A stretch of DNA of 64,000 nucleotides from Planctomycetota bacterium (GTDB lineage: Bacteria; Planctomycetota; JAJSAM01; JAJVHW01). Shown one piece after another: positions 56,501 to 64,000 of the stretch. Made by a program: the position numbers and the translations under genes. The notes under the pieces are model-generated. The model was not told the origin of the DNA and ran no database searches. It saw nothing but the letters and a program-made list of their open reading frames with translations. How positions within the stretch are numbered: position 1 is the first letter of the stretch; every line of letters begins with the position of its first letter. The stretch covers positions 32,001 to 96,000 of the forward strand of contig CBDFJG010000002.1 in NCBI GenBank assembly GCA_965248445.1, read 5' to 3'.

Positions 56501-57509
56501 CGGCGGGGAGCGCGATCGACTCGGACAGGAAGCCCTCTGCGACGACGGCGAGGTTGCCGAGCACCCCGGCGGGCGCGTCGAGCGCGAAGCTCCCGTCGCT
56601 GGCCGTGGTGGCGTGCACCTCTCGCCCGCCGCGGGGACGAACGGAGACATCGACGTGCGCGACCGGAGCACCGTCGTAGCGGCGGCGCACGCGGCCGACG
56701 AGGGTTCTCGGCTCCGTCGGAGTCTCAGGGGCCTCGATGTCCTTCTCGGCCACGCCGGCGGAAGCGTCCGCCGGCTCGGGTGCGGGATCGTCGGCACTCT
56801 CGTCACTCAGCGACGACACGACCCCGGCGGCTCCGGCGAAGAGGAGCAGCGCGGCGACTGCGACGACGGCGATCTTGGACTTGGCGGACATGACGAGGGC
56901 TCCTGTAGCGATGCCTGTGGCGGTGGCCGTGGTGGCTGGAGACGGATCGGGAAGCGGCGTCGCAGTCGGGCCCAGCAGGGGCAGCAACGCGGCGCGCCAG
57001 CGGTCGCGCTCCCCCCCGAACTCGTCATCGAGTTGCTCGCGCAGCAGCGCGTGTGCGCGTCGCAACCGTGTCTTCACGGTCTCGCGCGGCACGCCGGTCC
57101 GCTCGCCGATCTCGGTCGGTGTGAGTTCCTCGAAATGACGCAGCAACACGGTGGTGCGATACGGCTCCGCGAGTTCCATCACGGCGGCGGCGACGGCCCG
57201 TTGCGCGTCGGCGCGCGCCACGAGATCGACCGTCGACGGCAGCACACTGGATCGCATCCGGCGCTCTCGCGCTGAACGCGACGCGTCTGAACGCCGGCGG
57301 TCGATGGCCCGACTGCGCGTGACGCTGGCGAGCCAGCCGCGCAGAGAGCGCACCGTCGGCGGTCGCCGGGTGAGCGCCGTGGCCAGCGCATCCTGTGCCA
57401 CGTCCTCGGCCGTGTGCTCGTCCGCGACCAGGCGCCGCGCAAGCCCCCTGATCCACTCCCTGTGCGAAAGCAGTTCCTCGGGGTCGAGTGGCCGTCCTGC
57501 CTCTTCCAT
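53553..57509 (-). CDS. ECF sigma factor fused to a TM helix and many carboxypeptidase-regulatory-like repeats
   Basis: Sigma2 'AEDVAQDA...LRGWL'; sigma4 'ETVKTRLRRAHALLR'; TM 'IAVVAVAALLLFAG'; about 1000 aa of 'GRV.D..G.P...TD..G.F' repeats. Confidence 0.88.
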   Translation of the reverse strand: MEEAGRPLDPEELLSHREWIRGLARRLVADEHTAEDVAQDALATALTRRPPTVRSLRGWLASVTRSRAIDRRRSDASRSARERRMRSSVLPSTVDLVARADAQRAVAAAVMELAEPYRTTVLLRHFEELTPTEIGERTGVPRETVKTRLRRAHALLREQLDDEFGGERDRWRAALLPLLGPTATPLPDPSPATTATATGIATGALVMSAKSKIAVVAVAALLLFAGAAGVVSSLSDESADDPAPEPADASAGVAEKDIEAPETPTEPRTLVGRVRRRYDGAPVAHVDVSVRPRGGREVHATTASDGSFALDAPAGVLGNLAVVAEGFLSESIALPAASDDLGTIWIAGGTRLLVHVEDMRGDVVEGAPVTALLWRSPGERAHVDSYLRGMSAWDEDVVETRLSRSSAHGDAVLEDVRSGSWRIVVADAEMGTHRSAFVSTYPGASEARATVVVTPLATLDGRVLDALGSPVPDVLVNAEIGAAIAAPSRTRTNADGHFSLDGLPFGDVGLRVDRRDGPGTKLAVVRIPDITSIDLTLPPTGRLVGRVADEDGAGLASEVVSIEVSGVLNTVTTATTDEQGRYEFIDVPQGRITRFRVLSDERVQLWPRIERSELVEPGRGGSTRRMAMILPGDTTTVDAVLIRGGVITGTVTGPDGTLAGVQIWRWRATSRLGQNWASTTSDDDGSFRFPPDLPGPVALEVRHPGFYQPGLDENVGRALKKGDVPGEFIVEIPESGEIARDLAVVPGGPVRGSVVDEAGVPVVDAVVVVTNTYSGALGGGVRTDAGGAFILDHVRPGKKRVISATTADETATGAVRLDVPPAGLEDPIVVRVEQREPPAEIGDSHELTGRVIVEATGRPVVGASVYLLRTQPIVIRGVRRKDQWQNDPIVAVTDDDGRFRCTLTGPGPLWVSAESAATIEGVAKVSSSFDPVEVRVRRALRLSGHVRDVDGSPLIGATVIAVPGVTRDGGGLVVYSTPSAGGAMPGRPREALTGSDGRFSVHGIPEGACKLTVFRAADVADYFGAISAKGTSFGPFDAGAEGLDLRLDDPRRASLRLHVVYPDGSPVAQGAVRWHPEGGFHGGFQNFTGGDGRIRIPDMADPSYAVRVTAYSEPRTTRVFRGISPGETEHELVLTPGETLAGRVVDDVGAPLGGLSLNARRVGGFGQLSSYSVASGEDGTFAFRDLEEGSYEIKPAGAVGGRWRRLREAVSADGGASGILVRTTVEGRLQGVVVDTHGAPVAGMRMYFHPRSTKSTWRTVPHTTSDDAGRFEMTGLDPATGWEIEPQVNPREPHKQREHRVNAAVGDRDVRIVVPAQD

Positions 57510-57614
57510 GGTCTCCAACACACTAGACGGAGCCCCACGCCCCCGAGGGTTCACGGAGTTGCGCGTCCCCCGCATGGCAGGCAGCTCGAAGCGTCCAGCG
57601 TGCGTGACCTGCTA

Positions 57615-57657
57615 CGAGAACCTGTGGGGCGACTGCGACGAGATCGAGTGGGCTTGA
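57615..57657 (+). repeat. 37-bp direct repeat copy 2 plus stop: displaced rsfS 3' fragment ([13 protein letters not shown])
   Basis: CGAGAACCTGTGGGGCGACTGCGACGAGATCGAGTGG followed by GCTTGA. Confidence 0.9.
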
Positions 57658-57714
57658 AGCGCCCGGGGGAGAGTAAGAGACCCCGTAGTAGCGGGCTGTG
57701 CTCAAGCCGCGCGA

Positions 57715-58227
57715 TCAGGCAATCAGGTCGCGACCGCGGAGCGTGAGGTCCGCAACGACCTGCGACGTCGCCGCCTCGTCGGCACTGTGCGTCGTTCGGG
57801 TCGGGCGCGTACAGACCTCGATCGTCCCCGTGATCGGGTCGATCAGCCATACCTCGCGCACGCCGCGGTCCAGGTAGAGGGCGGTCTTCTGTGTCCGATC
57901 GCGCCCTTCCGTCGCGCGCGAGAGGACCTCGATAACGAGCGCTGGGAGCGGCACGCGCTCGAGGTCCGGAGACAGAGCCTGCGTGAACACCGCAACGTCC
58001 GGTTGAACGACGTTGAACTCGTCGAGCACGACGTCGATCGGCGAACTCACCACGCTCTCGGCGCCGACAAGCTCGAGCAGCGTCTGCATCAACCGCGCGA
58101 CGACGCGCTGGTGTCGGTACACCGGCGCCGGCTCGCGGACGAACTCACCATCGATCAGCTCGCAAGGGAACCCCTCGGGGAGCCGGTCGTACTCCGCTCG
58201 CGTGAATTTCAGTTCCGTAGCCAGCAT
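57715..58227 (-). CDS. Uma2-family (DUF820) endonuclease
   Basis: 'ELIDGE...P.P...HQ', 'VVQPDV', 'LVIEVLS', 'D...K..LY...GV.EVWLIDP'. Confidence 0.92.
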   Translation of the reverse strand: MLATELKFTRAEYDRLPEGFPCELIDGEFVREPAPVYRHQRVVARLMQTLLELVGAESVVSSPIDVVLDEFNVVQPDVAVFTQALSPDLERVPLPALVIEVLSRATEGRDRTQKTALYLDRGVREVWLIDPITGTIEVCTRPTRTTHSADEAATSQVVADLTLRGRDLIA

Positions 58228-58336
58228 CTATGCATCTCCCAAGGACGCGCGAGACACACGTCAGGTTACATGGCGGCTCATGCCGTTCTGTGGTCGTGGC
58301 AGAGCGCTCAAGTGCCCAGGCCGCGCATTCCGCCGG

Positions 58337-59527
58337 CTAGAGGAACTGCACGTGAACGCCCTGGCGGGCCGCGACGATCGCCAGGGCTCGTGCGACGTGC
58401 CATCCATGGGTGCCCTCGAGAATCAGAGGCGACCGCCCGTCTTCCGTGACGAGACCGATGCCGGGATCCGCGGCATCCGGGTCGATCCCCGCATCCCGGA
58501 CAGCGTCGTAGAACGCGTCGTCAGACATGTCGACGCCGGATGCAGAGAGCGAAATGGCCGCCTGTACGAGAAGCCGACCGGGGAGAACGATCCCGGCGTC
58601 TGTCGCATGACTCGCCTCACGGCCGTGGTACGCGCCGAGGACGACTGCCGCAATATCGCGCCACGGGACGAAGCGCCCTGCGAGCCCAACCATCCTCACG
58701 CCACCGTCCTCAATCCGCAGTCGGCGCACGGCGCTCGGCAGTCGCAGTGAGACGAGGAACCAGATCACGAGCAGCACGGGTATGACGGTCAGCTTGAGTA
58801 TGAGAGGCGGCGGACGGTGGGTCTCGACAAGCATCGCGAAGATCGTGAGAACGATCACGCCGCTCCACAGGCCCCACCGCAGTCGGATGGACGACGCCGT
58901 TCGTGTGGTGGGCCGGAACACGGCCGGGAGGTCGAGGGGAGGCAGTGTGGCGCCGACTGGCCGGGATTCGTGTCGAGAGGCACCGTGGCCGTCGGCAGGA
59001 TCTCGCAGGAGCTCCTCCGGTACACGATCGAACGGAAAGCCGATCTCGGTCACGACATACGCGTCGCTCGCCTCGTCGTCTTGGAAGACCAGGACAGTCG
59101 TCTCGTTCAGATACACCGGCGGTCCGGTGTGCGGGGGGATCAAACAGCGCACTGCACGACGTGACTGCTCGAGACCGATGCGGAACTGACGGCCGAGCGG
59201 ACCGGGAACGTCCTCCAACACGGTCGCGGTGCCGGCGCAGCCGGACGCGGCGAGTCGACGCACGCGGTCGATGCGCCGGTTCTTCGTCGCGAGCGAGCTC
59301 CCCGCGATGGCGAGTGTGATCGACGCTGCGACGAGCAGGAAGAACCCGAACAGGCGTGCATCGCCAGCCGCGAACGCGATCACGGCGACGGCGAACGCTC
59401 CGCAGGCCACGGCACACGTCACGACGACCTGACTGCCCCTCCGGTCCCGGAACAGCGATCGTGCGGGACGGAGCGGCGTCAGCTCGCCTGCGCGATCTTC
59501 GATTCGGAGACGCCCGGGAGAGGTCAT
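58337..59527 (-). CDS. Hypothetical membrane protein (two TM hairpins)
   Basis: Two pairs of hydrophobic helices; no recognised motif. Confidence 0.55.
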   Translation of the reverse strand: MTSPGRLRIEDRAGELTPLRPARSLFRDRRGSQVVVTCAVACGAFAVAVIAFAAGDARLFGFFLLVAASITLAIAGSSLATKNRRIDRVRRLAASGCAGTATVLEDVPGPLGRQFRIGLEQSRRAVRCLIPPHTGPPVYLNETTVLVFQDDEASDAYVVTEIGFPFDRVPEELLRDPADGHGASRHESRPVGATLPPLDLPAVFRPTTRTASSIRLRWGLWSGVIVLTIFAMLVETHRPPPLILKLTVIPVLLVIWFLVSLRLPSAVRRLRIEDGGVRMVGLAGRFVPWRDIAAVVLGAYHGREASHATDAGIVLPGRLLVQAAISLSASGVDMSDDAFYDAVRDAGIDPDAADPGIGLVTEDGRSPLILEGTHGWHVARALAIVAARQGVHVQFL

Positions 59528-59580
59528 CGAACTCCCAACGCTCGGCAGTCTATCGGCTGCGTCTCTTCGACTCGCCTCGC

Positions 59581-60540
59581 CTACTCCGGTAGCGTCATCG
59601 GCGCGACGAGGGGGGCGTTCGTGCGAGAGGTTCCCGCGGGGCCGGGCAGGAAGCTGATGCGCTTCGCGCGCTGATCGAACGTGACGGCGAAGCGTTCGAG
59701 GATCTTCGTGCCGATGCGCGCCGGGCCGACGCCGACCAGCACCGGCGGGTTCGGGATCACATGCGAACCGATCCGCAGGTCGCCCTCGAGCAGGTGCATG
59801 CGCTCGTGCCAGGTGCCGTGCACCGTGTGGTAGACAACGTCCTTCCCGGAGACCGACAGCGCGAGATCGGCAGCGATCGTCTCCGGCACGGAGATGTGGC
59901 CGTCGAAGCCGCTGTCCACCGCAACGTGCACCTCCTTGTCTCCGAGGCGCACGCGGATCACCGGCACTCCGGCCTGGAACTGGAACGGTATGACCGTGGC
60001 GTGGTCGGGCGGCGGCAGCGAGCCCTCCGAGCAGCGCATCCGCCTGGCCGGGCCGTCGAGCGTCAGCAGCAGGTCGCCGAACACGGACAGGCCGAACAGC
60101 CCGGCGAACGCACCGGGCAGTGGGATGGCCCAGAAGTCCAGCTGCTCGAAGCGAATGTCACCGCGGTCCCCCACCACGACCATCTCGTCGATCGTGCCCT
60201 TGCGCACCATCGACCAGCGAGAGTCGCCGGCTCCGCGCACGTACCGCGGGGCGCTGCTCGTCTCGAGCGACAGGCGGCGCAACTGCGACGGAGCCAGCAC
60301 GCAGAGGCTCGATCCGGTGTCGAGCAGGAACGGCAGCTCGTCGCTGTCGTTGATCCGCACCGTCGCGACGAAGTCGCCACCGGACCATGTGAGCGGGACA
60401 TCGCCACCGCCGGACGGCATCGCGATGACCGCCGGTTCATGACGCGTCGTCGGGAGAGCGCAGCCGGTGAGAAGACCGGCGGCCAGCAGGACGGCGGCGG
60501 CCAGGAGGGCGACGGGACTGCGCGGCTGACTAGCCCGCAT
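59581..60540 (-). CDS. Two-domain retropepsin-like aspartyl protease lipoprotein
   Basis: Lipobox 'LLTGC'; 'FLLDTGS' and 'VAVDSGF'; 'GLFG'/'RIG' closing motifs. Confidence 0.85.
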   Translation of the reverse strand: MRASQPRSPVALLAAAVLLAAGLLTGCALPTTRHEPAVIAMPSGGGDVPLTWSGGDFVATVRINDSDELPFLLDTGSSLCVLAPSQLRRLSLETSSAPRYVRGAGDSRWSMVRKGTIDEMVVVGDRGDIRFEQLDFWAIPLPGAFAGLFGLSVFGDLLLTLDGPARRMRCSEGSLPPPDHATVIPFQFQAGVPVIRVRLGDKEVHVAVDSGFDGHISVPETIAADLALSVSGKDVVYHTVHGTWHERMHLLEGDLRIGSHVIPNPPVLVGVGPARIGTKILERFAVTFDQRAKRISFLPGPAGTSRTNAPLVAPMTLPE

Positions 60541-60768
60541 CGTTCACCAGGCTCACGCGCCGGAGCGGCCCAGAACGCCGATCTCTGCGTTGCGCCGCCT
60601 CCACAACCCGTTCGGGGGTGCGTTCGGCGGCGCGCCTACAGCTCGACACTCTGTCCTCGCTCTGGACGACGTCGGTGGGTGCGCGAGAGATCGCCGCACG
60701 CAGGCAGACACTGGACATCGTTGGTATGTCGCCACGAACCGCGCAAGCCTGGTGAACGAAGCGGGCTA
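60531..60768. mobile_element. MITE-like element with ~28-bp terminal inverted repeats and TA at both ends
   Basis: Left TAGCCCGCATCGTTCACCAGGCTCACGCG vs reverse complement of right TAGCCCGCTTCGTTCACCAGGCTTGCGCG (3 mismatches); no transposase. Confidence 0.65.
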
Positions 60769-61221
60769 AAGACCGGCAATGTCGGACTGGCTGACGACCG
60801 GGAACTTCACGTCGTCGAGCGCCGGATCGATCCCGAGCAAGCGCATGACGTTGCGCTGAAGGGAGTCGGTGGGCAGCCGCTCGAGGCGCGACTCCCGGCC
60901 CATCGCCTCCTGCTGGATGCCGCGCAGGACGTGATGCCGGTACGCAGTGCCGTTCTGGTCCACGAAGCCGACCTCCTCGAAGTCCGTGTCGTAGACGTAC
61001 TTCCAGGTGAAGGTCGGGCCGCCTTGCTCCGTGACGTCGAACACCTTGAGGAAGCCGACGTGGCCGGCGTGGGCCGCGTTGACCGCGTGATACGCACGCA
61101 GCTGACGCGACATCCGCGAGCCGCGGTCGACCTGCCGATGCTGGTCCTGCGTGATGGTGGTCCGGCAGGCAGGCGCCACGAGGGCGCCGAGCAGCAGGGC
61201 GAGAACGAGCGAGCGTGACAT
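60766..61221 (-). CDS. Hypothetical lipoprotein
   Basis: 'MSRSLVLALLLGALVAPAC'; GGAGG RBS. Confidence 0.65.
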   Translation of the reverse strand: MSRSLVLALLLGALVAPACRTTITQDQHRQVDRGSRMSRQLRAYHAVNAAHAGHVGFLKVFDVTEQGGPTFTWKYVYDTDFEEVGFVDQNGTAYRHHVLRGIQQEAMGRESRLERLPTDSLQRNVMRLLGIDPALDDVKFPVVSQSDIAGL

Positions 61222-61332
61222 ACCGTCCCTCCGAGGAACGAGGGATGGTAGCCACGCCTGATCCACGGCGTCCAGCCGGAAGGGGCCGTCCCGGCGCCTC
61301 CCTCCCCCCCGGAGCGTAGGATCTGCCTCCCC

Positions 61333-63273
61333 ATGGACGTCGACACCGTTCTCGGCCCCGGCGGCCTCGTCGCCGCGCGTCTCCCCGCCTACGAGGAGCG
61401 CCCGGAGCAGATGCAGATGGCCGTGGCCGTGGATCGGACCATGCGAGAGGGCGGACGCCTGATGGCCGAGGCCGGAACCGGTGTCGGCAAGAGCTTCGCG
61501 TACCTCGTCCCGGCGGTGGCTGCGGCCGCCGAGCGGGGGGAGCGGGTGGTCATCGCCACGCACACCATCGCGCTGCAGGAGCAGCTGCTCGGCAAGGACG
61601 TCCCGTTCCTCTCCGGGATCCTCCCGGCGGAGTTCAGCGTCGTTCTCGCCAAGGGCCGCGGGAACTTCCTCTGCCTCCGTCGGATGGGCTTGGCCGACCG
61701 CGGCGGCAAGCAGCTCTTCGAGAGCGGTGGCGTCGACGAGCAGCTCCAGCGCATCATCGACTGGGCGAAGACGACGCACGGCGGCTCGCTACAGGAGCTC
61801 GACTTCGTTCCGGATCGCTCGCTCTGGAACCGCGTCAACGCGGAGGCGGGCAACTGTCTCGGGCGCGCCTGCGACTTCTACGACCAGTGCTTCTACCAGG
61901 CCGGCCACCGGCGACTGCGCAACGCGAACGTGATCGTCGCCAACCACGCGTTCCTGTTCGCGGACATGGCGCTGCGCCAGGTCGGATGGAACCTCTTGCC
62001 CGACTACGAGCACCTCGTGCTCGACGAAGCGCACGCGGTCGAGGATGTCGCAGCGGACTGGATCGGCATGCGGGTTTCTCGCGGACAGGTGAACTACCTG
62101 TTCCGGCAACTTGCGAGCACACGTGCGAAGGGACTGCTCTACACAACCGCGGAGTCCGGGCGAGCGGTCGGCGCCGTGGCCGCAGCACGCGAAGAAGCGA
62201 AGGCGTTCTTCGATGAAGCCGGCGCCTGGCACGACGCCGCGAAACCGGAGAACCACCGGATCAGTGAGCCGCACCTCTTCTCGTCGCGGTTGCGCGACGC
62301 GCTCGACGCCGTCGGCCACGAGGTCAAGCAACTCGCCGATCGAGAGCCGACGAAGGAGAAGCGGCTCGAGCTCTCGGCCCGGGCCGGGCGAGCGCACGCG
62401 CTCTCCGAGGAACTCGGCTCCCTGCTCGCCCTCGCGAGGCTCGGACACGTGTATTGGATCGAGCGGGAGGGCCGCGACAACGTCGCGCTCCGCAGCGCCC
62501 CCGTGGACGTGGGGACGGACCTCTCGGCGCAACTGTGGGATCGGCTCAAGAGCGTGACGCTCACGAGCGCGACGCTGTCGGCAGGCGGCGAAGCGGGCTT
62601 CGCGCATCTCGCCGGACGGCTTGGTCTCAGCGGCGCCACGACGCTCGAGTGCGGATCGCCGTTCGACTATCGGAGTCAGGCGCGACTGATCGTCGACACG
62701 CGGGTCCCCGAGCCGTCGGAGCGGACGGCGTACGAGACCGCGCTGCCATCGGCCGTCATGCGGCACATCGCGCGTTCGGAGGGCGGCGTGTTCGTGCTGT
62801 TCACGAGCTACCAATCCCTCAACCGGTGTCATGAAGCGTGCGCAGGAGAGTTGCGGGCGCTCGGGCACACGGTGTTCAAGCAGGGCGACGGAATGCCGCG
62901 CGGGACGATGCTCGAACGCTTCCGCGCGGCGGAGTCAGGCGTGCTCTTCGGTACGGACTCGTTCTGGCAGGGCGTGGACGTGCCGGGGGATGCGCTGACC
63001 ACCGTCATCATCACGCGACTGCCCTTCGCGGTGCCCACGCAGCCGCTGAACGAAGCGCGCACAGAAGCGATCGAGGCGCGCGGCGGCAGCGCGTTCAGCG
63101 AGTACTCGCTGCCGCAGGCGATCCTGAAGTTCAAGCAGGGCTTCGGACGCCTGATCCGCCGCCGCACCGACCACGGCTCGGTCGTCGTGCTGGACCAGCG
63201 CGTCGTCTCGAAGCGCTACGGCCGCGCGTTCATCGACGGACTGCCGCCGGTCGAGTTGGAGGTCGAGGCCTAG
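61333..63273 (+). CDS. DinG/YoaA-family Fe-S ATP-dependent DNA helicase
   Basis: 'EAGTGVGKS', Cys cluster 'FLC...NCLGRAC...CFY', 'LDEAH', 'TSATL', 'FWQGVDVPG', 'QGFGRLIR'. Confidence 0.93.
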   Translation: MDVDTVLGPGGLVAARLPAYEERPEQMQMAVAVDRTMREGGRLMAEAGTGVGKSFAYLVPAVAAAAERGERVVIATHTIALQEQLLGKDVPFLSGILPAEFSVVLAKGRGNFLCLRRMGLADRGGKQLFESGGVDEQLQRIIDWAKTTHGGSLQELDFVPDRSLWNRVNAEAGNCLGRACDFYDQCFYQAGHRRLRNANVIVANHAFLFADMALRQVGWNLLPDYEHLVLDEAHAVEDVAADWIGMRVSRGQVNYLFRQLASTRAKGLLYTTAESGRAVGAVAAAREEAKAFFDEAGAWHDAAKPENHRISEPHLFSSRLRDALDAVGHEVKQLADREPTKEKRLELSARAGRAHALSEELGSLLALARLGHVYWIEREGRDNVALRSAPVDVGTDLSAQLWDRLKSVTLTSATLSAGGEAGFAHLAGRLGLSGATTLECGSPFDYRSQARLIVDTRVPEPSERTAYETALPSAVMRHIARSEGGVFVLFTSYQSLNRCHEACAGELRALGHTVFKQGDGMPRGTMLERFRAAESGVLFGTDSFWQGVDVPGDALTTVIITRLPFAVPTQPLNEARTEAIEARGGSAFSEYSLPQAILKFKQGFGRLIRRRTDHGSVVVLDQRVVSKRYGRAFIDGLPPVELEVEA

Positions 63274-63388
63274 GAGGTGGAGAGCTGGCGGCGCATCTCG
63301 ATGTAACCGACGGCCACGCAAGGGCGTCCTCCCCCTTGGCGGGCGGGTCGGCGCGCGCGGGTCGCCCGGGGGCGGCAGAACGGCTGGT

Positions 63389-64000
63389 CTAGACCCGCGA
63401 GACGCGGAGTGCTGCCTGGATCTCGCGGCGCGGAACGAGGGGGGCGTCGGGCCGAGAGCCGGCGGACCGCTTGGCGGGACGCGCTGCGCCGGACTCGGCG
63501 GACCGGCCGACAGCGAGGCGCATGCCGAGAGCCACGACGGCAACAGCGCCCAGCAGCAAGCCGATCAGGCCGAGCCGCGACTCGACAAGCGGCAGGAACG
63601 AGCACTCGAACGCGCGCCACGCGTCCACCGGCCGGGCGATGGCCGGCACGGCGATCACGCGACGTGAGAACGACCCGTCCGCGGCGACGGAGACGAGTTC
63701 CACGGTCGGGATCTCTTCATCGGTCGACCTGCTGGCGAACGTCGCGGCGACGGAACCCGCTACGGGCTCTGCGCCCGTGCACGAGAATGCGAAAATGGGG
63801 CCGCCGCCGGTCGCGACGCCCATGTCATCTCCGAAGTCGGAGGACTCGCTTCCTGCGCGGAACGTGCACCCGTATGCCGGGAACGCGAACGCCTCGGGAG
63901 TCGCGAGTGTCGTGTAGAGCAACGGGTCCAGTTCGTCGGCCGGATGCGACGGACAGGCCAGGTGCGCCACGCCCTGATCGTGTTCGGCGATGACGCGCGC
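63389..64000 (-). CDS. Hypothetical protein with C-terminal TM, 5'-truncated by the window edge
   Basis: Frame is open to position 64000; hydrophobic 'LGLIGLLLGAVAVVALG' near the C-terminus. Confidence 0.5.
   Translation of the reverse strand, partial: ARVIAEHDQGVAHLACPSHPADELDPLLYTTLATPEAFAFPAYGCTFRAGSESSDFGDDMGVATGGGPIFAFSCTGAEPVAGSVAATFASRSTDEEIPTVELVSVAADGSFSRRVIAVPAIARPVDAWRAFECSFLPLVESRLGLIGLLLGAVAVVALGMRLAVGRSAESGAARPAKRSAGSRPDAPLVPRREIQAALRVSRV

Noticed and set aside
57524..57553. ECF-type promoter upstream of the giant ECF fusion (TGAAC...CGTCTA on the minus strand)
   Set aside because: The spacer is 19 nt, longer than the usual 16-17; not supportable.
57715..63273. Uma2 plus DinG as an anti-phage or type IV CRISPR module
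   Set aside because: The genes are 3 kb apart on opposite strands; DinG looks like the housekeeping Fe-S type; no cas or other defence genes are recognisable.

Overview
Very GC-rich (roughly 70% by eye) bacterial chromosomal window. An ECF sigma factor fused to carboxypeptidase-regulatory-like repeats, a PA14 protein, a secretin-like protein and many exported hypotheticals suggest a Planctomycetota-like organism (inference). Housekeeping content: a CNNM/CBS protein; a 2-oxoacid dehydrogenase cluster with two E1-alpha genes (E1a-E1b-E2-E1a'-lpdA); kbl; mutY; a comEA-like/nadC/birA/sensor kinase/response regulator run; a K+-dependent-type membrane pyrophosphatase; rsfS; a Uma2 nuclease; and a DinG-family helicase. 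Most striking: (1) an ~11.7 kb overlapping run of eight exported amidohydrolase-fold genes (nine domains), only one of which keeps a full metal-ligand set, ending in a mono-haem cytochrome c lipoprotein and preceded by a tandem secretin-like gene; (2) an integrase-free ~4.1 kb segment carrying a giant ECF fusion, bracketed by a 37-bp duplication of the rsfS 3' end; (3) an orphan Cys-rich (D/E)KxCG-repeat lipopeptide; (4) several unrelated palindromic or MITE-like intergenic elements. No rRNA, tRNA, CRISPR array, transposase or integrase was recognised. All calls come from manual motif reading, not database searches.
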